A DNA stretch of 64,000 bases from Eledone cirrhosa (taxonomy: Eukaryota), in NCBI GenBank assembly GCA_964016885.1, contig OZ024746.1, positions 6,324,001-6,388,000 on the forward strand. The letters run 5' to 3'. A model generated the notes under the pieces. It saw only the letters and a list, made by a program, of their open reading frames with translations. It made no database searches and was not told where the DNA came from. This document shows, piece after piece, positions 1-14,413 of this stretch. Made by a program: the position numbers and the translations under genes. The number at the start of each line of letters is the position of its first letter. The stretch's first letter is position 1.

Positions 1-420
1 AGAAATTAGAAGACCAAAGCTAAACAGAAAGAATGAGTGGAACAACAACAACACCCAAACAAACAACACTGACCTAAGAGAAGTATAAATAAGTAAATAA
101 AATAAAATAAAATAAGATAAATAAATACATACACAAGCACAATAACAACAAGCACATAAACACACACTAGTCACCCAGCAGACACAACACTATACACACT
201 AGTCACACAGAAAACGTAACACTATACACACACGCAAACGCATGCGCAAAGAAGACAAAATAAAATAAACAAACAAGCAAATAAATAAATAAATATATAG
301 ACAGACTGAATAAAAAATGGCGTAGACATACAACACAACAGGAGGAAAAAATATAACACCACTGACGATGTTGCAGATGTGCAACGAAAGATTTATGTAA
401 ATTATGTAAACTATATATAT
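1..420 (+). mobile_element. Possible 3' end of a Penelope-like element
   Basis: Frame from nt 2 reads EIRRPKLNRKNEW, like the GIY-YIG terminal I..P.LN motif; followed by an HHR core at ~360 and a short TA run. Confidence 0.4.
359..397 (+). ncRNA. Degenerate minimal hammerhead ribozyme
   Basis: CTGACGA-t-GTTGCA gatg TGCAAC-GAAA-gatt-TA; 6-bp helix II, weak helix I, helix-III loop GATT (possibly mutated GATC). Confidence 0.55.
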
Positions 421-652
421 GTTTGTGTCTATATTGTATCTGTATTATTTTTTACCGTCGGTCAGTCAATGGCAACATTGAGGACCGATTAAGTTAGATC
501 GCAGATATAAAAGACAGCGAGAAGCGAAAACCAACCAAACAGTGAGTGTGTTCTGTTATTAATTCTGGCAATATTACACAAATATGACCCTCCCCAAGTA
601 TAACATATATATATACATGTGCCAAAAGTAGAAACAATTATATATATATATC

Positions 653-851
653 GTAGGAACGATCGACTTTCGTCAAATCGGACCGAGGGAACAATGTTTC
701 CGTTGGTCTTTCCAATTGCTAATACTATCTATCGGTCGCAACTCCAGGTAGAAGGAGCAACGTGAAATAAAGTGTCTTGCTCAAGGACATAACGCATCGT
801 CTGGTCCAGGAATCGAACTCACAACCTTACGATTGCGAATCGCCACACGCC

Positions 852-855
<4 letters not shown>
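653..855 (-). mobile_element. tRNA-derived SINE family B
   Basis: Minus strand has B-box gagttcgattcc and tccttgagcaagacactttatttcac core; related copies at ~17455-17650(-), ~20930-21100(+), ~32152-32472(-). Confidence 0.8.
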
Positions 856-909
<54 letters not shown>

Positions 910-919
910 TATATATATA

Positions 920-1238
920 CTCCAGTTGCATTTTTGATTTCATCTGTTTTCCTTATATATATATATATATATATGAGAAAAAAATGAAATCAAAAATGCA
1001 ACTGGAATCTTTTTTTTTTAAATATATATATTTATTTAGTTCCTTTACCGGTTTCGCAGTTCTCCTGCTTTGAGTTGAGATGGAGGGTCTGATGTGAGAA
1101 AAACCACAGTCCCTCCATCTCAACTCTACTTTTGAAAAGCAGAAGAACTGCGAAACCGGTAAAGGAACCAAATAAATATATATATTTAAAAAAAAAAAAG
1201 ACTCCAGTTACGTTTTCGAATTCATCTTTTTTCCTTAT
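920..1238. mobile_element. Fold-back element at (TA)n with degenerate HHR
   Basis: Arms ~975-1090 and ~1107-1236 are reverse complements; extra inverted piece 920-953; ctt-ttgaaaa-GCAG aagaa CTGC-GAAA-CCGG-TA-aag at 1129-1164. Confidence 0.75.
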
Positions 1239-2267
1239 ACTTTAACTCGTGTAGGACACCTTCGGTTATTTTTCATTTTGTAAAATAATCCTCACTTTCT
1301 AATATATATATATATATAAACATTAAAAATACATTAAATATCATCATATTTAGAACGATCATTATAACGATGTTTCCATCTTATTTTGAGTGAGGATTTA
1401 AAATCTTTATTAAACAATGTAGTCAGTATATTATTGCAGAATACAAATAAGTGTCTAATATTAATTCTTTGGTTATATTAATTGAAGACATAAAATGTAG
1501 ATTTGTAATTGATAAGTACTACATTAATTATGTGTAAATAATTTAACGAACGTTGCTAATATTAAAATTTATAATAATAACAATAAAGAAAGTATTATTT
1601 CTTATTTTATTTTTTTTTATTTTCTAATAATAATAATGGTAATGATGACAATGATAATGATAATAATGAAAATAATATCATTGTAAATGTAAAACCAGCA
1701 GAACTCTTTGTTAAATTCTTCTATTGTGTTATATTTCTAAACAATTGTTACTTACAGAAGTAGACAAACATAAGCCGTAGAAAAAGCAAAAAATGAAAAG
1801 ATGTATAAAGTGATAATATTTTACTTAGTTTTATTTCACAAAAGAAATGTTTTAAAAATACATTGTCAAGAGGAGATTACTAACGTTATATTTACTTTGT
1901 TATAATACATTATTTGATGCTGTTGTTGAGATAAACTAACGAGGTAAACAGAAATAGGCAGTTGATATCACATGAGTTGTAAATTATTTTGTGAGAACTC
2001 CGTGAGATATTGTTTGCAACTAGTAAAAATGTGACACCTAATTTGCAGTTAACAGTTCATACGCTATACATTGTCTTCCTCGTAACTATACAGCCATGGA
2101 AGCTATTTTACTTACACATATTTTTATCAAAGTGGTGTAGTATCTGCTTACAAAATTATAGATATGGTAAACTTAACAACTTTCTATAATGCTACACTTC
2201 TAATAAGATGTTTAATTTGATATGACAAAGTAAACTTAGCGGCTAGTGAAGGTGTTTACGTAAAGGT

Positions 2268-2345
2268 GTGTACGTATAGGTGTGTATGTAAATGTGTGTA
2301 TGTACAGGTGTGTATGTACAGGTGTGTACTTACAGGTGTGTACGT
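2268..2345. repeat. 14-bp tandem repeat (aggtgtgtatgtac), ~5-6 copies
   Basis: Visible periodicity. Confidence 0.8.
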
Positions 2346-2490
2346 CAAGGAACACTGTCTGTTATATTGAGTACTTGAACACACGTGCAGAAGTAACGAC
2401 GCGTGAAAAGAGTGATATCTTAATTTCTTTCTTCTGGTTAAATAACTTAAATGCCTGCTAATGGAGACTAAATGAATATATATCTGTGTA

Positions 2491-2533
<43 letters not shown>

Positions 2534-2742
2534 AAGTGCACTAAATATACATATCTACATGTTTACTATATTTTTTATAGTGAACGTCATTGGTAGTGTG
2601 TAATATTTAAATATGGTAACGATAGCGTTAAGGTGAAATTTTTCTCTTTGTTTATGAAGGTGTGTTTTCTAACAATCATTCCAATCGATTTTGTTTGCTT
2701 CTTTTGTCATGGAAGTTTGTCAGAGAATTTTGGTTATAAACA

Positions 2743-2772
2743 CTAGCAGAATGGCCCGGCGTTGCTCGGGAT
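2743..2772 (-). mobile_element. Helitron-type 3' terminus
   Basis: Reverse strand reads atcccgagcaacgccgggccattctgCTAG|t: GC hairpin plus CTAG end, near-identical to the terminus at 9860-9889. Confidence 0.65.
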
Positions 2773-4034
2773 TTGCTCTAGGGTTCTTATATATTTGATA
2801 TACATTTATCCTTATCGAGCCTCGTGAAATAAATACGTTTGTTTATATTTTGTTATTGCGTATGCAAAAATAACTGTACACGAATATATAATTATATTCA
2901 GTGGTGCATGTCAGATATGAAACAACGATGGTAGTTATCCCAATAGAAAACGTGAGGTACTTCAAAACTGACAACTTACCTAGCTTAAGAGTTCTGACAG
3001 ACAATGGCAGTGAAAGCGATGAGTCATTGCGTGATGTATTACAGGAAAAAATATTTTATTAGTAAAGCAACTTCGCAGTAAAGATATTATGTTTATTTTG
3101 AATGTTAAATCAAGTTAGGTGACTGGTGCAAAGCAGTAAATATTGAATACATGTTCGTGACATATCAACAATATTGTGGTGATATATTTTTTTAGTCTAA
3201 AAATGATGTGATTATTATGCGTCTCTGCTAGATGAACAGGGATTACCATAATACCAGCGTTTCTTTGTGGAATGGTTAATGACTATGTTGAAGAATAGCT
3301 GGTCCTAAATAAAGGTATAGAAATGAATGCTAGTGTCACAGAGTCATTGGATTGTATAGAAGTTTCGAGAAGAGATATAGAAGAACAACAAATCAATATA
3401 CAAACAGATGGCATACATGAACTAGCTGAAAATATGAGGGAAATGTTTGCTGAACATAAATATTGAGCATGCCCCACACTACTTCCTATAGCTTCAACTA
3501 TTACCCTCAGCTAGATGGATTGATGGTGGTTCATATGCCTTGCCAGGGGGCACCCAGTGTTTGAGTAAACAAAATTTATTTTCATATTCACTTTCAATTC
3601 TCTATCAAGAAGTTGCCACCTTACCCAACACCTAGAAACATGCCAGGTAGGAGCTCTATTTTTATAAATTTTTATTCCTAAAATTTTATCATTCAATATA
3701 AAATATATTGGATGCATGACAAATAGAAAAATGAGATTGTCCTGTTTTGTTGATTTTCTAAATTGAATAAATTATTTAATGGAATGTTACATATTTATAG
3801 GACTATATCAACCTTCAGCATTAAAAACTTAATTGGAATTCTGTTCTTCACCTAATTTGCATTAATATTGATAGGAATAATTTTCTACGAATTATTTGAT
3901 AATGAATGTTTCATACGATTAAGATTAAACCGGATTGGTTTCGCACTCTATTAATATCATCTTCAACTTCGGAAATATTCCAACTATAACAAATAAAATA
4001 TTTCAGCTTTTAAATGTTACCCATAGTAATAATT

Positions 4035-4826
4035 ATTTCTGCTTTTGGCACAAGGCCAGCAATTACCCAGTGCATTACTGGTACTTTATTTTATCGACCT
4101 CATAAGGATGAAAGGCAAAGTTAACCTCGGCGGGATTTGAACTCAGAATGGCAAGGACCGTAACTCTATGCGTCAAACCATGGTGCCCGACCCTCTACCG
4201 ATAGTGCCAATCCACCGTAATGGTTTCTGATTTAGGTTCAAGGCTAACAATTTTAAGGGGCGGGGAAAGTCGATTAAATCGCACCAGCGCGTTACTGGTA
4301 CTTTATTTTATCGAGAATGAAAGGCAAAGCTAACCACGGCGGGATTTGAACTCAGAACGAAAAGTGACGTAACTCTATGCCACAAATCCTGTTGTTTGAC
4401 GCTCTACCGATACTACCAATCCACTGCTCTCTGTTAAACAGTAGTAATAATGAAGTCTACTGTAAGTGCATGTCTCAAGTTTTGGGAAACGAAATAGTGA
4501 CTTAAATCATTGACAATATTAACTTTATGATAGGTATTTTATATATCAATAACAACATATTCTCGTATCTAGAATAGTCGCTTCCACGCTTATAAATTGT
4601 TTAAAGTGTTTACAACCCCTCGCTCTTATTTACCACAAAATTAATTGTTTCTACTTTAGGCACAAGGCCAGCAACTACCCAGTGCCTCACTGGTACTTTA
4701 TTTTATCGACCCCGTAAGGATGAAAGGCAAAGTCAACCTCGGCGGGATTTGAACTCAGATCGTAAAGGGACGTAACTATGCTAGAAAGCATGGCGTCCGA
4801 CCCTCTACCGATACTGCCAATCCACC
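4035..4826 (-). mobile_element. Cluster of three SINE family A copies
   Basis: A/B-box head (tggcagtatcgg ... gagttcaaatcc) and gcctttcatccttacggggtcgataaaataaagtaccag core (Meta-domain-like); the 4646-4826 copy has TSD atttaccacaaaattaat. Confidence 0.9.
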
Positions 4827-6466
4827 AATAATTTACCACAAAATTAATATCGTTCAAACACAGACACAAGTCGACACATTTTATCGAAGTATGTAGCTGA
4901 ACATATGCCTCACTGGCTGGCATTCAGAAAGACTGAAAGCAAAGCCGACACCCGAAGATTTTGAAAATCTAATCATAAAAGAAGGTAACGAAATGCTGAA
5001 ATGTACTTTGGCCAGCTCTATACATCTTTCATGTTCTAAATGAGTCTAAACTGACCAATAAGGCCATATTATTTAGTGCTGGAACAGAGCAATTCTAGTA
5101 TTTGACTGCTTCGTGCGTTTCAACCACGATAGCTTGAGAATTCAGAATACAGAGGAAAGTAACTAAATAGCACAAAATGTTCACTTTAGCGTTCAATCTA
5201 TTCTTCCCCATCACGCCTGTTTTCTTCCTTAATGATACTTTCTTACATAGGCACAAGAGCAGGAATTTAAAGGAGGCAACAGTTAATTATATAGATTATA
5301 GTTTTAGACTGGTATTTATTCTGCCGACCCCGAAACGATGAAAAGCATAATCATTGACCTGGTCGTCATTTGAACTCAAAATGTAAAAAGCCGAAACAAA
5401 AAAGAAACGAGGGCATTTTTCTGACGCTCTAACAAATTTTTCTCCAAATCATAATAAATTAAGATTAAAAACTGAAAGATTTTTTAAAAGTTAATTATTT
5501 TCAATGATTAAATATTGTTGAATCTGATCGTGCGAAAACATTTTGCTGGTTTGAGCGCTGATGAGGATGAAGATGTGTGTGAACTTGTCTTGTACTTCCC
5601 CTTTCTTTATTTCCTTCTTCCAATCACTTCTATGCACCAACATACTTCTCATTGTTCTTTTCCTCCTCTCTCAATTTTTTCGATATTTCATCTGCCTGTC
5701 ACCTACCTCGTATATTGTCTCTCTACTGATCACTGGCCACTGGTCTCTGTCCTTTGAGGTATTTTTACCCACCACTGTCATTGATAATATTTGGCTGTTT
5801 TAACAGCTGGACTAGCGATGAGTTTTCTCATTTTTCCATGAATTTTATTATTTTCAATTTGTCACGTAAAATTTCTTTAATCTTTTTATTAGTTTATGAA
5901 ACAAATTATTTTCGAAATTATAAATCCGCCAAAATCTTTTGAGAACCTCGTAAATTTCCCAAAGTTAAAATTATTCACCAGCCAAGTATGTTTGAACAAA
6001 CATATAATTATAAATGCATGCTTATAAACGTATGCCAGATAGTATATAGCATGTTTTAGCATAACATTTGAGAGGAATCTAACGTGCACGGTAACAGGTT
6101 ATTAAAATGTATATGTATGAAAACAACAAAAAAACAAAAATAATAAATAAATTAATATCTTGAATCTTCTGCTGAAAAGAATATATAGATTTAAAAAGGA
6201 TTTTAAAGAAATCTTCAGTTCCTACGAGGAAAATAAAAATCCCAAAAGTAATTGAATTACTTAGAGATGATCCATTAAACACAAAATAGTAAGGAAAAAT
6301 TTGTATTTGTAGAGAATGATAAACTAAAAATAAACAGACGATAAAAAAGCAAATAAGATTTTCCTTTAAATGAAGATAATTTGCATTGGAAAAATTTTAA
6401 TGTGACTTACACTTTTAAACAAAACGCAAGTAAATTTTCTGGAAAAAGGAAATAGCCAAAAGCTAT

Positions 6467-6898
6467 CTAGAATCTATAAATCATTGATATTGATTCGCTC
6501 TGGGAGAATTTTCCAAATATGAGAAGATATTTAACATTGATGCTGATTGAATTAATAATGAAAGAAAAACAATGATACACATATTGAAGACTCCAGCGTG
6601 CCTTAATTATATTCAATAGACGAAAATATGTGGGATTAAATAAAATCCTGTACTTCTGAATTAATTCTTAAACAGAGTTACTACCTTCCATCAAGATTAA
6701 ACCAGATCACATATCATATTGCTGAAGAAATGAATTCCCAATATTGATCCCCATGGAATAACAAGTACAGAATTCATTCATAGAGTTAAAAGCCATGAAC
6801 ATATTTCCTTTCACATCCATTTCGATATTTACACTAGGGAAAATAAATTTACTCTTATCGTGAGAAATGAAATTTTCTACAGACCATTTTCCAATAAA
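6467..6898 (-). pseudogene. Decayed reading frame of unknown identity
   Basis: 144-codon frame (FIGKWSVENF...SMIYRF*) with only two internal stops in very AT-rich DNA; no family recognised. Confidence 0.3.
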
Positions 6899-7327
6899 GT
6901 TTACTTTGAAAGATATTGAAAGATATGTGATTAATTCCTTTATTGATTATTGTAAATTATTGTTCAACTTTCTTTCGTAACTGGCAAATTTCAGCAGTAA
7001 GTGATTTAGTTTGATTCAATTTGATGTGAAACATTTAACAAATAGGAATTAAATATTGAACAACAACGAGAAACGTTTCATAATACTGGAGTCCGTTTAA
7101 AGAAAACCAAAGAATATTTAATGAATGTCATGCCAGGTTTCACACGATAGACTGCAATCTAATTGCATCGAAAAGCAGTCTTTAGTACGAAGGTAAAATG
7201 AATGACAAAAAGCTTAAAATATAATTGTGTAATACAGAAATGTACTTCTGACATTGTATAAGAGAGCAGCAGCTATATTTACGTTAGACATATTTTAGTT
7301 CCCTCCTCACAGTTAAATGGATAATAA

Positions 7328-7915
7328 TTGTTTCTACTTATCCCAGTGTATTACTGGTACTTTATTTTATCGACCCCGTAAGGATAAAAGGTAAAGTTAA
7401 ACTCGGCGGGATTTGAACTCAGACCATAAAGGGCCGTAACTCTTTGCTGCAAAGCATGTCGTTCGACCCTCTACCGATACTGCCAATCCACCGCCCTTAG
7501 AGTTTATACTTTTGGCACAAGGCCAGCGATTACTCCAGTGCATTACTGGTACTTTATTTTATCGACCTCGTAAGGATGAAAGGCAAAATTAACTTCGGCG
7601 GATTTGAACTCAGAACGGAAAGGGCCATAACTATGCTGCAAAGCATGGCGTCTGACGCTCTACTGGTACTGCCAAACCACCGCCCTAAATGGATAATAAT
7701 GGTTTTTGATTTAGGCACAAGGCCAACAATTTGGGGGTAAAGGGAAAATCGGTTAAATCGACCACAGCGTATTACTGGTACTTTATTTTATCGAACCCGT
7801 ACGGATGAAAGGCAAAGCTAACCTCGGCGGATTTGAACTCAGAACGTAAAGGGCCGTAACTCAGTGTAAATCATATTTTACAACGCTCTACTGATACTGC
7901 CAATCCACCACCCTC
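7328..7915 (-). mobile_element. Three tandem SINE family A copies
   Basis: Same core repeated three times; taaatggataataat duplicated at ~7314 and ~7686. Confidence 0.9.
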
Positions 7916-8839
7916 ACATAAATGATAATAATACAAATAAAATCAGTACAATTCATTCCAATATTAAACGCATATTTTACTATTTCGTTCTTTTACTCCT
8001 GACTCGAAACCGCGACAATATTTTACAGTAAACTTTCCAGAGTAAATAATCCCAATCTCAAAATAACTTTCGATTCTAACGTTAAACAGGATACATTCTC
8101 GAAATAAACACGATATAGAACATTGAAAGGAAAAACTTAGAAGAAATATCTTCTTCTTCTGTTACGCTTATCTATTATTTCCATTTGTGCTCTTTTTTTC
8201 GCTAATATGTATTTCCCCTAATATCTGTAGACCCTGTTATTCAAATTGTTGTTATTTGTTTATTATTTTCTACACAAAACACTCTCAATAACTGTCACGT
8301 TTTTTCATGATTGAAGTGTTTCTAGGTTCGATAAAATAACAATAAATAGAAAACATTTTTCCCATGACATTTCCTGGGACGTGTCTTGTATAATATAATT
8401 CTCTACAACTCTGTATCAAATATTGTGAATCCTGGTGTAATCTGTAGTTTATATCTATAGTATTTGGAAAGATGAAGTCTCTCCGCTTCACTCCATTATT
8501 TGAATGTGTCACATCTGTATAGTTGATACTTTAAAAAAACATAGTCTTATTATTCAATACTTTTATGACACTATTTTGTTTCCTCCTATAATTTTTTTTT
8601 ATTTTTATTTGGAACGAGTTTAATAGTTCTATACGTGGAGGAAGCCACATAACATGCTGTTTGTTTGTTTCCTATTTAATGTAGAAGTTTATAATTTCCG
8701 CTTCCTTGATTTCTCTATCAATAAATGGGTAAGATTATCCATGCTTCGTAGAAAACAGGTATTTGGAGGAGTAGATCTTAGACCTCCCAGTTTTCTTTAT
8801 CTGAGTACGAATATTTTCGATAGCTAATGCTGATGATAA

Positions 8840-9017
8840 TTGTTTCTACATTTGGCACAAGGCCAGCAATTATCCAGTACATTACTGGTACTTTATTTTA
8901 TCGACCCCGTAAGGATGAAAGGCAAAGTTAACCTCGACGGGATTTGAACTCAGATCGTAAAGGGACGTAACTATGCTGGAAAGCATGGCGTCCGACTCTC
9001 TACCTATACTGCCAATA
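8840..9017 (-). mobile_element. SINE family A
   Basis: Full core and head. Confidence 0.9.
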
Positions 9018-9269
9018 TGATAATGTTTATAAATTTTACTGTAGTATTTCCTTGAAATAACGTTGTTTGCTATATTGGGGCCATTTTAAATCAGTGTGGA
9101 AGAAAGCATCGAGGATCTTTAAGGATTTCTGCAGCGTTAATAGCTAAAGTCTGACTCATGCCAGAAAGCACGTTAGGCCGGTGCCTATTCCGGTTTCATG
9201 GCTCTCTCTATAATTCTTAGTCTTTTTCTTTTTAGATAGATACATACATATAACGTCGCGCCTTTATAA

Positions 9270-9889
9270 TATCTGTCTGTATGTCTGTCTGCATTACCTC
9301 ACTTCTCTGAGGATGTCTGTCTGTGTGGGGGGGGGGGGAATCCCTAAAACTCGAGAAGTACCCAACCGACTTTTTCCAAACTTTACATGTGTATATTACT
9401 TATGTTTGAGGGAGTGCTATGCACATAAAAAATTCAACTTTTTGAGTTGAAAAACTAGGTTTTTTCAGGTTTTTAGGGTTTTTTTTAGGCTTTACGTCAG
9501 AGTGATTTCCTTGAAATTGTAACTATGTATTAGTCAGTCTCTTGTTCATATCGTGAGCAAAGAAAATCCAACTTTTTTATGGCCTAGGCCCATATTAGGT
9601 GAAAAATTTCATTTTTTTCAGCTTTTTAGGGCTTTTTTGAGGCGTTACGTCTAGCCGATTTTCCCGAAATTTCAAGGCATATTATGCACATTAAAAAAAT
9701 TCATTTTCTTGATCCCCTAGGGCCCGCATTAGGTGAAAATCTGCATTTTTCCTGCTTCATCGAGAAAAATCTTAAAGATTATCCAACCATCAGAGTATTC
9801 GGTTTATTTTCTTTACATATTGTCTACGCATGCAGTTTTTCCATGTTTCAAAATACCTTATCCCGTGCAACGCCGGGTACCACTGCTAG
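9270..9889 (+). mobile_element. Non-autonomous Helitron-like element
   Basis: 5' (ctgt)n tract, internal ccgattt..gaaattt motifs, 3' hairpin cccgtgcaacgccggg and CTAG|t end. Confidence 0.7.
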
Positions 9890-10151
9890 TAAGTAATATA
9901 AGTATTATATATTTCATATTCTGATTGTTTTTGTACCTGTTATATGTATTACATTATATATTTATTTGGTATTCTTCTATAAGTGTGTTCTGGAAGAGGA
10001 TTTACGAATCTTACTTCGATTGAGCTTTTACAGAACAACGAAGTTGAGATGATTTTATTTAGATTTATTTTTTTGTATCTATCTATTTACATATCCCGCT
10101 CTCCCCCCTCTCTCTCTCTCTCTTTCTCTATATATATATGTGTGTGTGTGG

Positions 10152-10209
<58 letters not shown>

Positions 10210-10218
10210 ATATATGTG

Positions 10219-10260
<42 letters not shown>

Positions 10261-10263
<3 letters not shown>

Positions 10264-11000
10264 GGAAAAAATGAAACGAAATTTCATTTCCCACTCTTAG
10301 TACGGCTGTTACTTAAATATAAGTATGTACACGTACATACATATATGTATACAGACATACAGTAATATGTATATATATATACATACATGCATACATATAT
10401 ATATGTACGTATGGATTCACCGAACATTTATTATAATGCTCGGTGTGCTTGTAAACAAACATCCCGTATTAAGCCGTAGTGTCTAGCAACCATCGTTGCT
10501 CGTTTGTTCAACACTGACAAAGGAACGCTGTACTAGTTTCAAGCTTATTAGCTATCGTCAGCAACGTATACCTTCCTGCCAGATTGTTGAACGTATATAC
10601 TTACCTTATGCATATTAATGGCTGAATAGCCCAATTTGCATATCGAGTGGGTTAATCGGCCGGGTGCACCGAAAACGATAAACGGTGACCCCTTTCGATC
10701 CTAATCTCGCTTTTCGTGACCTCTGCACTTACCATTCGCCCATACTGCTCTACAAAAGTAAAGACAAACCAGTGGTTGCTATAGTTACTATTTCTGTTGT
10801 GTTGTGCAGATCTATGTATTGAGTTTGTGAGTCGATGAATGAGTGTTTCCAGTATTATCTTTCACAGTTTCTCTTCGTTCTCAGCCTTGAGGGGAATATC
10901 AGTATATCTGTAGGCCTTTGTAGCCGCACATCAACCAAAGTGTTCCTCGGTTGTTCCCCAAAAGGTATATTAAAACATCCTTCGTTGTTAACGAAACATA
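10261..11000 (-). mobile_element. Decayed PLE 3' portion (GIY-YIG tail, 3' UTR, HHR)
   Basis: Minus frame ~10810-10960 TEEHFG*CAATKAYRYTDIPL...KIILETLI resembles a GIY-YIG C-terminus; HHR downstream on the same strand; ends at (TA)n; 3' end similar to 42530-42930. Confidence 0.45.
10524..10567 (-). ncRNA. Minimal type I hammerhead ribozyme
   Basis: cgttg-CTGACGA-t AGC taataa GCT t-GAAA-CTAG-TA-cagcg on the minus strand. Confidence 0.75.
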
Positions 11001-12309
11001 TATACATACATCTTCTCTTTTAGCAGTCCTAAAGAAATCTTTCGTAAAAGGAGATACAGAATTTGTTGATGCAATTTTGCCGTTGCTCGTATTTTGTTTG
11101 GGCCTTATTAATAGCTAAAATAATATGGGAAAAGCTATTTTCATTTGCAATTCCTTTTGACAACGTAATTGTGAGATAGTGCTTCTGTTTTTGTCATCAT
11201 TGTCGTTATTGTTGTTACTACTGTTAAGTGACGTATTAGAATCCGCCTGGCGCTCTAAAAAGTCATTAGTTTTTCCCTTCAAATTTTAAACAACTTATTT
11301 ATATATAGCTTTGTCCTACGATGACATGTGCATATTGTAGGTAATTTGTCACGTTTAAAGCCATTTAATATTCCAGATTCACGTGAGCCAACGTGTTGAC
11401 AACACAAGAACAAACACCGCAAAGCAAGTATCTGCCTATCCCCCAACCTGACATAACAACAACAAAACATTAACAATAATAATTGTTTCTACATTTAGCG
11501 AAAGGCCGGCAATTGGAAGAGAAAAGTCGATTAAATCGACCCCAGTGCGTTATTTGTACTTCATTTTATCGATCTAGTAAGGATGCCAGTGAAAGGAAAT
11601 GCAGTAGGAAATGACTGCCTGCTCGCCTATTTCTATCTCTTATAGACTTTACTAACAGGAATGTTTGCTGAGAACATATGATGTAGATAAATTGCTCTGT
11701 AAATGACTGCAGTAAAATCTTGAAAAGCACGAAATATCATCTGACCATTAACAATATGAAAATAAAGAACTGCAAGCACAAAAATATCACTACATTGCGT
11801 CGATCGACTTCGAAAAATAAAAACTACACAAAGTGGGGATTACATCAAGTAAACAAAGGGACATTACCAAAAGAAAAATGTAAGCCTAACAATAACAGTA
11901 ATTGTAATAAAAAGACATGGTAAGAATACGAAACAATAACAAAACAATCTCATCAGAACCGGTCTCAGGCCGTCGTTGCTCATATACCCTTCTAACCCTG
12001 TAGAGAACTCAAGGTCAGCTTCTGACTGACGCCTATGACGTTGTTCAACTGGTAAAGTCACGTGAGCGCTTGGCAGGACTCTAGGTGCCCGGAAACCAGC
12101 CTTGGTCAGCGCTTGACCCAGGAATTCACGTCTATGGCACCGTACGTCACTGCCAAGAGATGTATGATGTATCTTCTGTGGAGTATGGAGGGACATATTG
12201 TGGCTCTTTTTGTAATTTGGCCTCCTTCACTAGGTTTTCTTGATAAGAGACCCTTTCCAATTTCTCTTTATTGTGGTGCTTGCGAATAATATGCTGGTCG
12301 ATTGATTGA

Positions 12310-12420
12310 TTGGTTAGTTAACTGGTTAGTTAACTGACTGGTTAGTTAACTGGCTGGCTGGTTAACTGACTGGTTAGTTAACTGGCTAGTTAGTTAACTG
12401 GTTAGTTAACTGGCTGACTG
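12310..12420. repeat. Degenerate 12/16-bp tandem repeat (ggttagttaact)
   Basis: Visible periodicity. Confidence 0.75.
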
Positions 12421-12798
12421 ATGTTGTTGATATTGTTCCTAGTGATGATGTGTGTAGTGACAGTGATGGTGTTGTAGTTTGTCACCGTTGTATCTCTGCT
12501 GCTTCTATGTACTTCTTTACGCTCCCAATATGACAGTCTGATCGAAACGACAGAAAATACGAAATCTCTTTCGATGCTATATACCCGCTGGATTTACCAA
12601 TATCTGTTTTGAAAATGTACATATATCCTTCCTGTACACTATATGCAACACTGATAGAATACCACTATAATTCAGCTTAAATGCCAACCTATTCAAGTGT
12701 ATAGATATCAGCTTATTGTTGGTAAATCTGTTATCAGTGTGTAGTTCCTGGATGTTTTTATATTAGAAAATACGTATTGCCACTTCTACTCAAGCAGA

Positions 12799-12852
<54 letters not shown>

Positions 12853-12855
<3 letters not shown>

Positions 12856-13160
12856 GGTAATGTTGCGCTTGGATGCTTCCATAGGCGGTTTGAGCACTTT
12901 ATGCTCCTTCGGAGCAGAGTATAATAATATGGAAAACGAAGAATGCATCGAAACACAATTTATTAACGTATTACAATTGTTTCTGCAGCGAACAGCTCGA
13001 GGTGCGATCTGTTTGGGGATCGAACCTGACGCTGGATTCGCAAGTTCCTCAGATATGTCTAGTGACTTCGAAGCAAATCCTTTTCGAAGTCATTATTTGG
13101 ACGTGTCTATTAGGACGCCAGTACTACATGGCACCAGAGGTGCTCGTGTAACGGTTTTAG
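12853..13160 (-). mobile_element. PLE-end-like element with long-helix-II HHR (family CAATTG-1)
   Basis: TA-flanked; homologous to 42115-42460 and 62315-62480; minus strand catat-CTGAGGA...GAAA-CAATTG-TA-atacg at 12967-13057. Confidence 0.65.
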
Positions 13161-13234
13161 TATACATACATATATATATATATATTATATGTCGGGGGTG
13201 TAAGTGTGTGGAGGGTGTGAGTATGTGTGTGTGT

Positions 13235-13296
<62 letters not shown>

Positions 13297-13303
13297 ATAG
13301 AGA

Positions 13304-13373
<70 letters not shown>

Positions 13374-14413
13374 AAATTAGAAAATGATTTCTCGCTCAAA
13401 CATACATTTATATATTTATATATCCCGTGTTTCATTATTGTGTTGCAGTTCCGTTTCAATTGATGACTGCGTGGCATCTGTTGTCTCATTAAATTTCTGA
13501 GCAGATACAGTTACTGGCGTTCTTGATCACGCTCAAAGCAAGATCAAATTAAATCCATAGGAATGTGTTCCTAATTAACCCTGAATCAGCATGTATTGTT
13601 TATATTTCTGCTTGTATTGGTGGCCATGATTTAGATGTTGATATTGTTGGTACTATTTCTTCTTCTAGACATATTCTATTGAGAACCGTCACCCGGCAAA
13701 CAGAAAATAGTATTACTTTTTAATAACACTATATATAATTACTTTGCACATTATTGTTGTTTGATTTTCTTGTTGTTGTTCTTTGCTCTTTTTCTTGTTC
13801 TTTTTCTTCTTTTTCTTCTTGTTCTTCTTTTTATTCTTGTTCTTCTTCTTTTACTTCTTTTTCTTCTTGTTCTTCATGTTCTTATTGTTGTTGTTCTTCT
13901 AAGTAATAATATCGTGGTATTTAGTTGTTGCCCTATATATATTGAAAGTTTAAATTTAGTTCATCAGAGATGTAGAGTACTTTGATTAACCCTAACTAGC
14001 AAGTTCTCCTCCATGGGAGTGAGGAATTTTAAATATATTTCATATTTTGTAAATATAATGTCATATTTTGTTTAAATATCATCTGAAAATAATATCTTCA
14101 TATTTTATATTACACCATATTTCCAACCTATCTGTTGTGTAACTTGCTTGCACCTACCTTCTTTTTTACATATATAACTTTCTTTATCCCGCTTTATATT
14201 TATTTATTGTAAAGGGTACTGTGCGAGACTTTGCTGCTTTTCAAGAAGTTGTTACTATTATTTTTTTTTTTTTTTTTTTTCATTATTGTTTCTGAGATAT
14301 ATGCCGAGTGTCTTCCTGACACCTAGGGCAAATAAATTCAGTGTGCATTGGTAAGCCAGTTAATGCAGCACATTGATTATAATTTTAAAAAAAAAAAATT
14401 ATTATTATTATTA

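Noticed and set aside
11950-12780. Decayed GIY-YIG (KKYIEAAEI) and HHR-like GAGA-CCGG-TT on the minus strand
   Set aside because: Cores too degenerate to distinguish from chance
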